Positions 37,439-47,320 of a stretch of DNA of 64,000 nt are shown one piece after another. The notes below the pieces were generated by a model. It made no database searches. It was given only the letters and a program-made list of their open reading frames with translations, and was not told the origin of the DNA. The stretch's first letter is position 1. Each line of letters opens with the position of its first letter. This stretch comes from Candidatus Moraniibacteriota bacterium. GTDB lineage: Bacteria; Patescibacteriota; Minisyncoccia; Moranbacterales; UBA1568. The stretch spans positions 208,627 to 272,626 of the forward strand of contig JAQTYF010000001.1 of NCBI GenBank assembly GCA_028688415.1, in the 5' to 3' direction. Position numbers and translations under genes: made by a program.

Positions 37439-37843
37439 ATGAATAAAAGAAATGTTTTGTGGGCTGGACTTATTAGTACAGGATTTTTTTTCTTAGCAAT
37501 GTATCCAGCAATATTTGGTATCTGTGAAATGAACAATTATGATTGTAGAAAAACTTCAGATTTAATACAAATAATATTTGGTATATTTCCTGTTGTATTT
37601 TTCCTCTCCCTCATCACCTACAAAATGCGAGACGAAGTATTTGAAGCCTGGTGGAAACCTGCTCGCTTTTTCATACCGATCATCATGCTGGTAACCCTCC
37701 TCGTCAATTCCAAAACCAGAAGTGGTGGAATGGGCATCAGTGGTGCTATAGCAGGAGGTTTTGATATTTTTCTCATCGGCATCTTCTATTTCATCTTCAT
37801 TGTCATCTCTCTTGTGAGAATTGTTTCAGTCTATCGCAAGTAA
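37439..37843 (+). CDS. hypothetical membrane protein (134 aa)
   Basis: Four hydrophobic segments. Confidence 0.4.
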   Translation: MNKRNVLWAGLISTGFFFLAMYPAIFGICEMNNYDCRKTSDLIQIIFGIFPVVFFLSLITYKMRDEVFEAWWKPARFFIPIIMLVTLLVNSKTRSGGMGISGAIAGGFDIFLIGIFYFIFIVISLVRIVSVYRK

Positions 37844-37942
37844 TGATTTGGAAGCAAGGCTTCCAAATGAATACAAATTGACTCATTAGAAACAGGAAGA
37901 AAGAAGTGCTATACTGTAGAGGTAAATCGTAACAACAAAACT

Positions 37943-38287
37943 ATGATGTTATTGAAATGGCTCGTGAGTGCAATGGCATTTCTCGTGCTTCCATATCTCG
38001 TCTCAGGAATCAGCGTGAAGGGGATAGGTACCGCGCTTATCCTCGCTCTCGTGTGGGGACTGATCAATGTGACGATCAAACCAATTCTTCTTATCTTGAC
38101 CCTGCCGATTAACCTTCTCACATTTGGTATCTTCACCTTCATTATCAACGGATTCCTCCTCTGGCTCCTCGGAGGACTGATTCAGGGATTCGCAGTCCGT
38201 GGATTCCTTGCAGCCGTGCTCGGCGCTCTCATCCTTTCGGCTATTGGCACTATCACCCACTGGGCCATGCACAAGACTGAAATATAG
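37943..38287 (+). CDS. phage holin family 4 / DUF360 (YvlD-like) membrane protein
   Basis: LVLPYLVSGISVKGIGTALILALVWGLINVTIKPILLILTLPINLLTFGIF matches the DUF360 pattern. Confidence 0.6.
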   Translation: MMLLKWLVSAMAFLVLPYLVSGISVKGIGTALILALVWGLINVTIKPILLILTLPINLLTFGIFTFIINGFLLWLLGGLIQGFAVRGFLAAVLGALILSAIGTITHWAMHKTEI

Positions 38288-38309
38288 ACAAAAATATATC
38301 CTGTTATCT

Positions 38310-38341
38310 TTGCGCGATACATTGCGCGATTATTGCGCGAT
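38310..38341 (+). promoter_or_regulatory. three helically phased tandem copies of TTGCGCGAT upstream of the Fic gene
   Basis: Copies at 38310, 38322 and 38333 (spacing 12 and 11 bp), 50 bp upstream of the Fic start. Confidence 0.4.
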
Positions 38342-38391
38342 TATCATTTATGTGCTATACTGTAGGCATATAAACGGAACAGGGAAAAACT

Positions 38392-39444
38392 ATGTTCAAC
38401 CCAAAATATACGTTAACAGACAGTATTGTTTCGATGCTTACTTCTATTGCTGAAGTGAAGTCTGTTATTGAACATGCCCGAATCTTACCAAAGAATGAGC
38501 TGATGCTACGTCGGCAGGCTCTAGTACGATCGGTACATCATTCGACCGCCATCGAAGGGAATCAGTTGAATGTTTATGATGTCGAGGCGCTGGTAGGAAA
38601 GAGAAAAATAGATGCGCCGAATCGTGATATTTTTGAGGTACAGAATTATTTAAATGCTTTGAAATATATTGAAGAAATCGTTCAGGAAAAGAAAGTTATA
38701 ACGGAAAAAGTATTATTGAAGATTCACAAGCTTGTGACTCATAAAACTTTACCAGAAGAACAGTCTGGTCATTATAGAAAAAGCCCTGTCTATGTTGTGA
38801 GGCGGAAATTGGGGATGCCGACAGAAGTTATGTACACTGGTCCAGATGCAGAAAAAGTCCCGACTCTCTGTGCGAATCTGATGGCATGGATAATGAAGAG
38901 TGAAACAGAAATCAATCCTGTGATTGTAGCAGGCATCGTACACCAAGAGATTGCAGCTATTCATCCTTTTGCTGATGGAAATGGACGTACCGCGAGAGCT
39001 ATGGCGACGCTTATTCTTTACAAGCGAGGATACGATTTTCGAAAACTCTTTGCATTGGAGGATTATTACAACAGAGAACGGCAAGATTATTATAAGGCAA
39101 TAAATATAGGGGAGACCTATTCTGAGAGAAAAGTAGATTTCACGCCATGGCTTGAATACTTCACACTTGGTTTCAAAGAAGAAATCGATGATGTGAAAAA
39201 TAAAATTTTGTTATTATCTGCACGAAGAGTAAATAGCGACATCAATTCCCAGATATATTTAGCAGAGGATCAGATGAAAATTCTTGATTTCATTGATAAG
39301 ATGGGGAGGATCAATGTATCTGATATTGTTGATATTCTTGGTTGTCCAAAAAGAACTGCACAGTTTCATCTATTGAGACTGAAGAAGATAGGAACCATCA
39401 AACAGGTTGGCAAAGGTCCAGCATCAGCTTATATTTTGAAATAA
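38392..39444 (+). CDS. Fic family protein (AMPylase-like)
   Basis: Canonical Fic motif HPFADGNGRTARA and a C-terminal winged-helix region. Confidence 0.8.
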   Translation: MFNPKYTLTDSIVSMLTSIAEVKSVIEHARILPKNELMLRRQALVRSVHHSTAIEGNQLNVYDVEALVGKRKIDAPNRDIFEVQNYLNALKYIEEIVQEKKVITEKVLLKIHKLVTHKTLPEEQSGHYRKSPVYVVRRKLGMPTEVMYTGPDAEKVPTLCANLMAWIMKSETEINPVIVAGIVHQEIAAIHPFADGNGRTARAMATLILYKRGYDFRKLFALEDYYNRERQDYYKAINIGETYSERKVDFTPWLEYFTLGFKEEIDDVKNKILLLSARRVNSDINSQIYLAEDQMKILDFIDKMGRINVSDIVDILGCPKRTAQFHLLRLKKIGTIKQVGKGPASAYILK

Positions 39445-39788
39445 GCTCTAAAAATAAAAAATCCCCGCCTAACGATGTTGAGTGTTACCTCTTGGCCGGG
39501 ATCTTTAATGTCATTGTAGCAGAAAATGCTGATTTGTCTATGTCTGAATCGTCTAAAATACATCTATTAATCGTATATAAAATTATATAATTAATCTTAA
39601 AAGTAGTGAATGGATGGTTGTTTTTGGTGTCTATTCACTACTAATTGACAAAAAGTAGTGAATGAGTGAGATTTTCTTTGAGGGAAGGGGTGTGGTATAA
39701 TAGGCGTATTATGATGAAAGCACATGAAAACTATCGTGAGCTCATTTGGATGCTTGCCAAGACTGATTTAACAGAGGAAAAATAAACT

Positions 39789-40451
39789 ATGAATATAAAA
39801 TTTCGTGATTTGTATGTGACCAAGATAAAGAAATATATTCCAAAAAGAATATTTCTTTTTTATAATGCATTCAAACAACGCCTCCATATCAAGTTCCCAG
39901 AAAGCAGACTCGCCCACAAATACCTCGATGGATTGAAGGGTTTGGAAATAGGAGGTTCTGTCCATAATCCATTTGGCCTCGATACGAAGAACGTTGATTA
40001 TACTGTTGAAGAAAATCAGTATAAGAAGCTTGAAAAGAAGTTTACTGGAGAATCATTGAAAGTAGACATTGTCGCTCCTGGCGATGAAATACCTCTCCCT
40101 GATGAGAGTCAGGATTTCGTCTTGAGCGCACATGTCATCGAACATTTCCCAAATCCGATCAAAACACTAAAAGAATGGTATAGGCTCATTCGCAAGGGAG
40201 GATATATTTTCATGATTGTTCCTCACAAAGAAAGAACTTTTGACAAAGGACGAGAACGAACAAAACTTCAAGAGCTCATTGATTGCTATGAAGGACGCAT
40301 TGTGAGGAATCCAAATCCAGATGATCATTATTCTGTCTGGATTACCGAGGATATGGTAGAGATAGTAAAATATCTCGGCTGGAATATCGTCGAGGTTCAG
40401 AACGTCGATGACAAAGTAGGGAATGGATTTACTATTGTGATTCAAAAGTAA
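39789..40451 (+). CDS. class I SAM-dependent methyltransferase
   Basis: LEIGGS motif I, post-I acidic residue, LIRKGGYIFMIVP. Confidence 0.6.
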   Translation: MNIKFRDLYVTKIKKYIPKRIFLFYNAFKQRLHIKFPESRLAHKYLDGLKGLEIGGSVHNPFGLDTKNVDYTVEENQYKKLEKKFTGESLKVDIVAPGDEIPLPDESQDFVLSAHVIEHFPNPIKTLKEWYRLIRKGGYIFMIVPHKERTFDKGRERTKLQELIDCYEGRIVRNPNPDDHYSVWITEDMVEIVKYLGWNIVEVQNVDDKVGNGFTIVIQK

Positions 40452-40499
40452 CAAGCTTGAGATTTTAGAAAAGCCATTCATATTTAGAATGGCTTTTTA

Positions 40500-41225
40500 T
40501 TATTCCTCTTCTTTTTTGAAAACGAGTAAATAAACAGGCCCTAGAGTGCCAATAAAGAAGAGAGAAAATATGAGAGTAAGACTGGTTCCTTTGAGGAATT
40601 CTGGCTTGTACTGTGACAATCGGTTATTGAGTTGCCCGAGGTCGCCCAAGAAACTTCCAGTACCGTAAGCAGGACGCATCTGGAGTGTCCTATTTTCGTA
40701 TATGAGATAACTTCCTATATTGGTATATGACCAGCCGAGAAACTGTTCTCCTTTGCTTGCACCGAGGTATGGGCGATCACCCTTGCGATTGACCAGTGAG
40801 TAGTACGTCGTTTTGAAACAGTACGTTTGTCCGAATGAATGAGTCAGAGGAGGAAATGTGAAATGATAATAGGTAGAAGGAGACAGATCATAAGAATGAT
40901 ATGTGCTCTGTGCAAGTATTTTCTCACAAGTAGCATCAGCAAGTTCGAAAACTATTTTTTCTCTGAATTCGAGATCTGAATTGCCGAGAACAATTTTTAT
41001 CTGATTAAGATTGTTTTCTTTCGCAATGAATGTTTGTGTCACTGGTTTCTCCGGATCGAGTTTTACTTGATGTGTTCTTCCGGGGAAAGTGTAGCTGGAA
41101 TCAGGAAAACTCAAATTTGCAAAAAATGAACCGAAAATCCAAATAAGCCAACTCACAAAAAGCGTAACAAGGATTTTTCTTTTCTGTTCTTCTATGAACT
41201 CAATTATTTTCATACCGTTATGCAT
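40500..41225 (-). CDS. hypothetical membrane-anchored protein
   Basis: N-terminal TM (LVTLFVSWLIWIFGSFF) and C-terminal TM. Confidence 0.4.
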   Translation of the reverse strand: MHNGMKIIEFIEEQKRKILVTLFVSWLIWIFGSFFANLSFPDSSYTFPGRTHQVKLDPEKPVTQTFIAKENNLNQIKIVLGNSDLEFREKIVFELADATCEKILAQSTYHSYDLSPSTYYHFTFPPLTHSFGQTYCFKTTYYSLVNRKGDRPYLGASKGEQFLGWSYTNIGSYLIYENRTLQMRPAYGTGSFLGDLGQLNNRLSQYKPEFLKGTSLTLIFSLFFIGTLGPVYLLVFKKEEE

Positions 41226-41248
41226 AATACAAGATACTTGATACTGTT

Positions 41249-42745
41249 CTAGAGATAATAACGAGGGATAATAACATCGATCATCGCATGCAAGGAGAGT
41301 AAAATCATTGAAACAAGAAGTGTTTTGATGAGAATATCGAATTGTTTCTTGCTTCGAGTGAAAAAGCCCAAACCAACTGCCATAACTATGATATGAGGAA
41401 TGATAGTTGGTAAGAAGTAGCGTCCTGGTTGGCCGATGAGAATTTGTTTGTATGCATCAAATATACGCCAATCGAAGAATCGAATAGCGAGCTGAAGTGC
41501 TATCATAATACCGAAAAAGAACAGAATATATTTTTTTTCAGGGAGATAACTTTTTTCCGTCCCCATTCTTATTTTTTTGAGAAATCTTTTTGGAACAAAA
41601 AACAATACGATACCGAATAACGCTATGATTTCGAGTATCCAAATACCTTGTATGATGTTTCCAGACAGAGGTGTGTCGAGCCAGCCGAAATTACCCCAAT
41701 AAGATTTTTCTGTACGGAGAACGGAGGTCATATTGATAGTCTTATCAATATATTTCGTCAGAGATTCGACTGGAGAATCAAATTTCGAGGTTGCATTGAA
41801 ATTTGTGATACTGACGAAATAGCTTTTTGGAACAGAGAGGGTGATAACGGCAACGAGTATAAATATTGCAATACTTACATACAAAGAAAACTTTTTCAAT
41901 GAAATGTTGAATCGTTTGTAAATCAGATAACCAAGGAGGAATGGAGTAATGGCAAATAAGACGATTCCAGGGCCTTTGGAATAAAATGCGAGAGGCAAGG
42001 AAAGAATCAGAAGGAGGATATCTTTCCAGTGCATTCCACTATGGAGCAGGGAAACAGATGCATAAATATAAAATGAAAATGCGAGGATGAGAGCAATATC
42101 GATGTTTACCTGTGAAGCAGAGGCCGAAAACATCGGTTGAAAAGCGACAAGAGCAGTAATGATGAGACTGTTTTGTTTGGAAAATCCGATTTTCTGTGAA
42201 ATGAGATAGGCAAGAAACACGATGAGTACTCCCATGACAACCGAGAGGAGACGCATCGAGAAGAGGCGAGTCAGGATAGATTGATCAGAGAGTATCTGTT
42301 CGACTTTTGCTCCGAGAGAATAATAGAAAGATATTGTCCCAGAAATATTCGCAGGGTAGGTATCTATATATCTTTTCCAGTTATTACTCATGATCTCATC
42401 TTCATGTAATCCTCTATCAGACTGAGAAAATTCCTGAGTATTTTCTTTTTGAAACTTCACATCATCGAATTGCAATTTTTGAGCAGTTTGGATGGTTTCT
42501 TCTGAAAAATGATACGTAGAGATATCGATACCATTTGAACTATCTTTCCCTTGTTTTATTGTCCATGTTTTTTCATTTGGCTCAGCTCGTTGTTGGATAG
42601 TGGCATAGTGAGTCTGTTCATCAGGAGCCTGGAAAAAAGGAAAAAGAACGCTCAAAAAAACACCCTTGAAGAAAAAAACAACAAGAATGAGAGTTAAGAT
42701 AAATTCAGGAGCTTTGATAAAAGCCAGAAACCTCTGTTTATTCAT
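41249..42745 (-). CDS. polytopic membrane protein, possible GT-C-type glycosyltransferase
   Basis: More than 10 predicted TM segments, an N-proximal extracytoplasmic loop, ~500 aa. Family assignment is tentative. Confidence 0.4.
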   Translation of the reverse strand: MNKQRFLAFIKAPEFILTLILVVFFFKGVFLSVLFPFFQAPDEQTHYATIQQRAEPNEKTWTIKQGKDSSNGIDISTYHFSEETIQTAQKLQFDDVKFQKENTQEFSQSDRGLHEDEIMSNNWKRYIDTYPANISGTISFYYSLGAKVEQILSDQSILTRLFSMRLLSVVMGVLIVFLAYLISQKIGFSKQNSLIITALVAFQPMFSASASQVNIDIALILAFSFYIYASVSLLHSGMHWKDILLLILSLPLAFYSKGPGIVLFAITPFLLGYLIYKRFNISLKKFSLYVSIAIFILVAVITLSVPKSYFVSITNFNATSKFDSPVESLTKYIDKTINMTSVLRTEKSYWGNFGWLDTPLSGNIIQGIWILEIIALFGIVLFFVPKRFLKKIRMGTEKSYLPEKKYILFFFGIMIALQLAIRFFDWRIFDAYKQILIGQPGRYFLPTIIPHIIVMAVGLGFFTRSKKQFDILIKTLLVSMILLSLHAMIDVIIPRYYL

Positions 42746-42865
42746 ATTTCCAGTATATCACATCCAAAAAATGACGTATCAAATGCTATTTGGAAAGAAA
42801 AAAGAATGAGCGTATAATAAGGGGGTTATCAGAAGTCTTTTTTAATTTTTTTCACACGAGAAGAT

Positions 42866-43714
42866 ATGAAAATCTTGATTGTCGGAGGAGCAGGGTTTGT
42901 CGGGACACATATGCAGAAATTTCTTGCTGATAAAAAAGAAATTACTTTTCAAGTATATGACCAAGTAAATGGAGATGATACCAGAGATCGATTTAAACTC
43001 GACAGATTGTTCGAGAGTGAAGGATTTGACGCTATTATCAACCTCGCCGCACGCGCCGGCGTACGTAGAGGTGAAAGTTTTCCAGAAGAATATTTCAGTA
43101 CCAATGTTATTGGTCTCGTGAATTTGATCGAAATGGCAGAAAAATGGGGGGTGAAGAAACTCGTACACTATTCATCGAGTTCAGTATTTGGAAATGATGA
43201 GCAGGTAGCGACAGATGAGAATTATCCCAAGAAACCAAAATCTATCTACGGTATTACGAAACTTGCTGGTGAACTCCTTCTCCAGAAATCAAAACTCGAC
43301 TATACCATCATCCGACCGTTCACTATTGTCGGAGAGAACGGTAGAAAAGAAATGGTTGTGTACAAATGGTTGAATCAGATCAAGGCAGGGCGAAAGGCTA
43401 CATTCTACGGAGACGGCACTACATACAGAGGTTATACGTATATAGAGGATATGCTTCGTGGCACTATCGAATGTCTGACTAATTCAAAAGCGAGTAGACA
43501 GGATTTCAATCTCGGAGGTGATCAGATCATCACTCTCGAAGATTTGTGGAATATATTCAAAGAAGCCTATCCACAGGCAGAGCGAGAAATGCTCCCGATG
43601 CCAAATACCGATCAGATGTTCAGTCTGGCCAATGTCAGCAAAGCAAAAGAACTCCTCGGCTGGGAACACAAGACTGATATTAAGAAGAAGATACAGGAGA
43701 TGATAGCGTTGTAA
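42866..43714 (+). CDS. NAD-dependent epimerase/dehydratase (SDR family)
   Basis: MKILIVGGAGFVGTH Rossmann motif and a YxxxK region. Confidence 0.75.
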   Translation: MKILIVGGAGFVGTHMQKFLADKKEITFQVYDQVNGDDTRDRFKLDRLFESEGFDAIINLAARAGVRRGESFPEEYFSTNVIGLVNLIEMAEKWGVKKLVHYSSSSVFGNDEQVATDENYPKKPKSIYGITKLAGELLLQKSKLDYTIIRPFTIVGENGRKEMVVYKWLNQIKAGRKATFYGDGTTYRGYTYIEDMLRGTIECLTNSKASRQDFNLGGDQIITLEDLWNIFKEAYPQAEREMLPMPNTDQMFSLANVSKAKELLGWEHKTDIKKKIQEMIAL

Positions 43715-43877
43715 TTAGAATGTTAAGGGATTGCTTTTATTTCAATAAATATCTGTAAAAAATTCTAGCAATTGAATGCTGTATTAGATATATCTTTTCA
43801 GGCGGTACTTGACAAAATTTATCAGTATAGTAAACTAAAGGTAAGAATAATTCATACCTTTAGACTATAATAATGAT

Positions 43878-44450
43878 ATGGAAAGCTTTCTGACAACTAT
43901 CTATGGATCGAAACAAACGGTTTTCACAAGTAGGGAAATCGCTCTTTTGACTGGCACAAAGAATGCTAATAACCTCAAATCCAAGCTTTCGTATTATGTG
44001 AAAACAGGGGGATTGATCCGACTGCGAAGAGGTATTTTTGTCAAAAACAAAGACTATGACAAAAATGAATTGATCGTACGGATATATACACCGGCATATT
44101 TGAGTTTTGAAACGGTGCTTGCCAGGGAAGGTATGATATTTCAATATTATGAATCCTTGTTCGTCGCGAGTTATCTCTCGCGTGATATCTTTGTCGGTGG
44201 AACCAAGATTATTTATAAGAAGCTCAAGAATGAAGTATTGACAAACAAAAAAGGACTCATTAATCGTGGATATTATTTCGAAGCGACAAAGGAGCGAGCG
44301 TTTTTGGATAGGCTATACCTCTTCCCTCGTTATGCCTTTGATAACCTTCGTGGAATAGATTGGAGTGTGTGTCAGGATATTGTTCCAATATACAAGAGCA
44401 AGAAACTTCAAAAAACATTAGAAAAATATCAGAAAGAATATGCCAATTAA
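43878..44450 (+). CDS. type IV TA system AbiEi-family antitoxin-like protein
   Basis: Size and position immediately upstream of the AbiEii-like nucleotidyltransferase; the N-terminal region is compatible with AbiEi. Confidence 0.55.
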   Translation: MESFLTTIYGSKQTVFTSREIALLTGTKNANNLKSKLSYYVKTGGLIRLRRGIFVKNKDYDKNELIVRIYTPAYLSFETVLAREGMIFQYYESLFVASYLSRDIFVGGTKIIYKKLKNEVLTNKKGLINRGYYFEATKERAFLDRLYLFPRYAFDNLRGIDWSVCQDIVPIYKSKKLQKTLEKYQKEYAN

Positions 44451-44461
44451 TAAGAAAAAAT

Positions 44462-45160
44462 ATGTTTAACAAAGACAAACACAAGCTGATAATGACCCGG
44501 ATATTGAAGGATATCTATTCTGATGTGACTATTTCATCGCTTCTCGGTTTCAAGGGTGGAACAGCGGCTTATTTATTTTATGAATTACCGAGGTTTTCTG
44601 TCGATTTGGATTTTGATTTGTTGGAAAATTCTCAGAGTAATAGAGATCTCGTCTTTGAGAGAATTCACGATATATTGTCGAAATACGGAGAAGTCAAAGA
44701 TGAACAAGAGAAATTTTTCACCGTATTTTTTTCGCTTTCTTATGAAGCAGGTGAACATCAGATCAAGGTTGAAATAAATACAAGAAAGACGGGAGCTCGT
44801 TATGAAATGAAGAGTTATCTCGGTATCCCTATGTTGGTCACAACGAAAGAGTCTATGTTCGCAGGGAAGCTCGTCGCGATGACACAGAGGAAAGAATTTG
44901 TTTCTCGTGATCTCTATGATACTCATTTTTTTCTGACACAGATGTGGGATATAGATAGAGATGTCCTGACTTCTTATCAAATCGAATCTTTGAAGACATA
45001 TCTTGAGACTTGTATTGCATTCATAGAGGATATTCCTGATAATGTACTATTGGCTGGTCTAGGGGAATTGATCGATGAAAAAGCGAAAGTATTTGTAAAG
45101 AATAAATTGAAAAATGATACCATTTTTCTCTTGAAAGTTCGATCAGATATCCTCAAATAA
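44462..45160 (+). CDS. AbiEii/AbiGii-family nucleotidyltransferase toxin
   Basis: GFKGGTAAYLFYELPRFSVDLDFD matches the DUF1814 GG...RFS.DLDF motif. Start at MFNKDK. Confidence 0.7.
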   Translation: MFNKDKHKLIMTRILKDIYSDVTISSLLGFKGGTAAYLFYELPRFSVDLDFDLLENSQSNRDLVFERIHDILSKYGEVKDEQEKFFTVFFSLSYEAGEHQIKVEINTRKTGARYEMKSYLGIPMLVTTKESMFAGKLVAMTQRKEFVSRDLYDTHFFLTQMWDIDRDVLTSYQIESLKTYLETCIAFIEDIPDNVLLAGLGELIDEKAKVFVKNKLKNDTIFLLKVRSDILK

Positions 45161-45472
45161 GAATATCTGCATTCTGTATCTCCTGTCACTTATCTTCACT
45201 CAGTGTAATTGTTTACTCTAGTAAAACAGGATTACACAGGGTGAATTCATTATTATCTGCGTTCTTTTCAACTATCTCTTATCCCTTATTTAGCATCTAT
45301 TATCCCTCCATACCCCTCTGTGGCATGGGTTGTGGTAGTCTCGGAATTGGCGTATAATAAGGGGGTTGTATAGAGCCTTTTTATGATTTCATCTGTAGGA
45401 ATAAAGCAGAAACTGTTTCAGATTGCGGAGATCATCCATCTCCGTATTTTTGGGCATGAAATGGGGGAGGAA

Positions 45473-46735
45473 ATGAGAAAATTTATCGGAAATCTCTCCT
45501 GGTCATTCTTTGGAGGGATAATTGCTTCGGTACTGATGTTTGGAGTAAATGTTGGTATGGGACGGTATTTTGGACCCGAAGAGTATGGGAAATATAATTT
45601 TGTATTGATTCTGAGTCAATTTCTATTAATTTTTATATATCTAGGAACAGATGTTTCAAGTGTGAAATTTCTTTCTAGCGAGAAAGAAATGTCGGACAGG
45701 AAATCGTTTTTTTCGAGTTCGTATTATTTCGTTTTTGTGATGATTCTCTTGTCTTGGTGTGTATATTATTTCGTTCATCAGAAGATTGAGAGTTATTTCC
45801 ATATAGATAGTCAATATCTATTTCTCGCCCTCATCTTAGGATCAGTTCTTGGTATGAAGGGTGTGGTCGATGGATATTTGAGAGCATTCTCTCTCTTTCG
45901 TTTTCAGGCATTTTTGCGTGTTATTGAGGCGACTTTGGTCATTATTTTCCTTTTTTTAATTTTAAAAGTGTTTGGCATAAGGGAATATCAATACTATGTG
46001 TATGCGATTGTAGGAGGAGCCGTCTTGTTTTCGCTTATAACTTTATTTCGATTGAAAGAGAATTTTGGAGTGTTTCGATGGACGTCTTTAAAATTGATGT
46101 TGTCTTATGGAAAAGTTGTTCTTATGGGCGTGGTTTTGGGCGCGGTATTTAATTCGCTTGATAAGATAATTGTTGCAAAATATCTTGGCGTGACACAATT
46201 AGGGGTTTATTCAGCGTATTTTATGACTTCGACTAATCTTATTGCACAAATGACGCAAGTATTCAATAATGTCTTTTTTCCAGCTATCTCTCGAGTAGAT
46301 AATATAGCGTATGTGGCGAAAATAAACACATTAATGAAACAGTTTTTTGTTCCTGGTGGAATTATTTTTTCTTTAGTTTTATATGGGATACTGCTTATTT
46401 TTGGGAAAGCCTATAAGCCAGATGTCTTTTTGGCAATCGGATTTGGATTCTTATCTATTCTTCAAATTATTTTCACCATAAATGCATCAATAATTATGGC
46501 TCTTTCAAAAGAACTACTCAAGAGATACTATTTTTGGTTGTACAGTGTAAGTTTCCTTCATATTGCTTTCTATGGAATTTTTATATATTTCAAATTTGTT
46601 ACGATACCGATTTTGCTCCTATTATTTTTCATAAATTTTTCAGTGATAATATTTATTCAAAAAAATCTTATAAATACCTTTATCAAAGCAAAAAAAAATC
46701 CTCATTCCCAGTTTATTTCTGATATGGTAGAATGA
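45473..46735 (+). CDS. oligosaccharide flippase (Wzx/MOP family)
   Basis: ~12 TM, start preceded by a GGAGG RBS, GRYFGPEEYGKY motif. Confidence 0.7.
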   Translation: MRKFIGNLSWSFFGGIIASVLMFGVNVGMGRYFGPEEYGKYNFVLILSQFLLIFIYLGTDVSSVKFLSSEKEMSDRKSFFSSSYYFVFVMILLSWCVYYFVHQKIESYFHIDSQYLFLALILGSVLGMKGVVDGYLRAFSLFRFQAFLRVIEATLVIIFLFLILKVFGIREYQYYVYAIVGGAVLFSLITLFRLKENFGVFRWTSLKLMLSYGKVVLMGVVLGAVFNSLDKIIVAKYLGVTQLGVYSAYFMTSTNLIAQMTQVFNNVFFPAISRVDNIAYVAKINTLMKQFFVPGGIIFSLVLYGILLIFGKAYKPDVFLAIGFGFLSILQIIFTINASIIMALSKELLKRYYFWLYSVSFLHIAFYGIFIYFKFVTIPILLLLFFINFSVIIFIQKNLINTFIKAKKNPHSQFISDMVE

Positions 46736-46759
46736 GCTTGTTATTTATTATAAACATAA

Positions 46760-47320
46760 ATGAATATGATAAAGAAAAACGTTGAATTGATTCTCAGTGA
46801 AATAAAGACTGTTTTTGAATCATTAGATGAAAATCAGGCTATATTGCTTCGAGATGAAATTTTGAATGCGAATACGATAGTAGTTTGTGGGGCTGGTCGG
46901 GTAGGTATGGCGATACGTGGCTTTGGGATGCGATTAGGACATCTTGGAATGAAAGCCTTTACTCTCGGTGATTCGGTGGTTCCCGGAATCAGCAAAGGTG
47001 ATTTGCTGATTGTTGCATCCGGATCAGGAGAAACTCAAACTATATTTGACCTTGTTGAAATTGGGAAAAAAAATGGTGTACGCATTGCTTTGATAACTGG
47101 TAATCCTGAATCAAGAATGGGGAAACTTGCAGATATTGTAGTGAAAATTACAGCTCCATCAAAAACAAAAGCAGTTGAGGGGTTTATATCGATTCAACCG
47201 ATGACAACCTTAAACGAACAAAGTCTCGGAATATTTTTTGATGCTCTTGTATTAGATCTTATGGAAAAAATGAGAGAAACCCATGATACTATGTGGGCGA
47301 GGCATTCTAATTTGGAATAA
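46760..47320 (+). CDS. SIS-domain sugar-phosphate isomerase (6-phospho-3-hexuloisomerase / KdsD-N-like)
   Basis: Single SIS domain of 186 aa (IVVCGAGRVGMA..., LLIVASGSGET). Confidence 0.6.
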   Translation: MNMIKKNVELILSEIKTVFESLDENQAILLRDEILNANTIVVCGAGRVGMAIRGFGMRLGHLGMKAFTLGDSVVPGISKGDLLIVASGSGETQTIFDLVEIGKKNGVRIALITGNPESRMGKLADIVVKITAPSKTKAVEGFISIQPMTTLNEQSLGIFFDALVLDLMEKMRETHDTMWARHSNLE

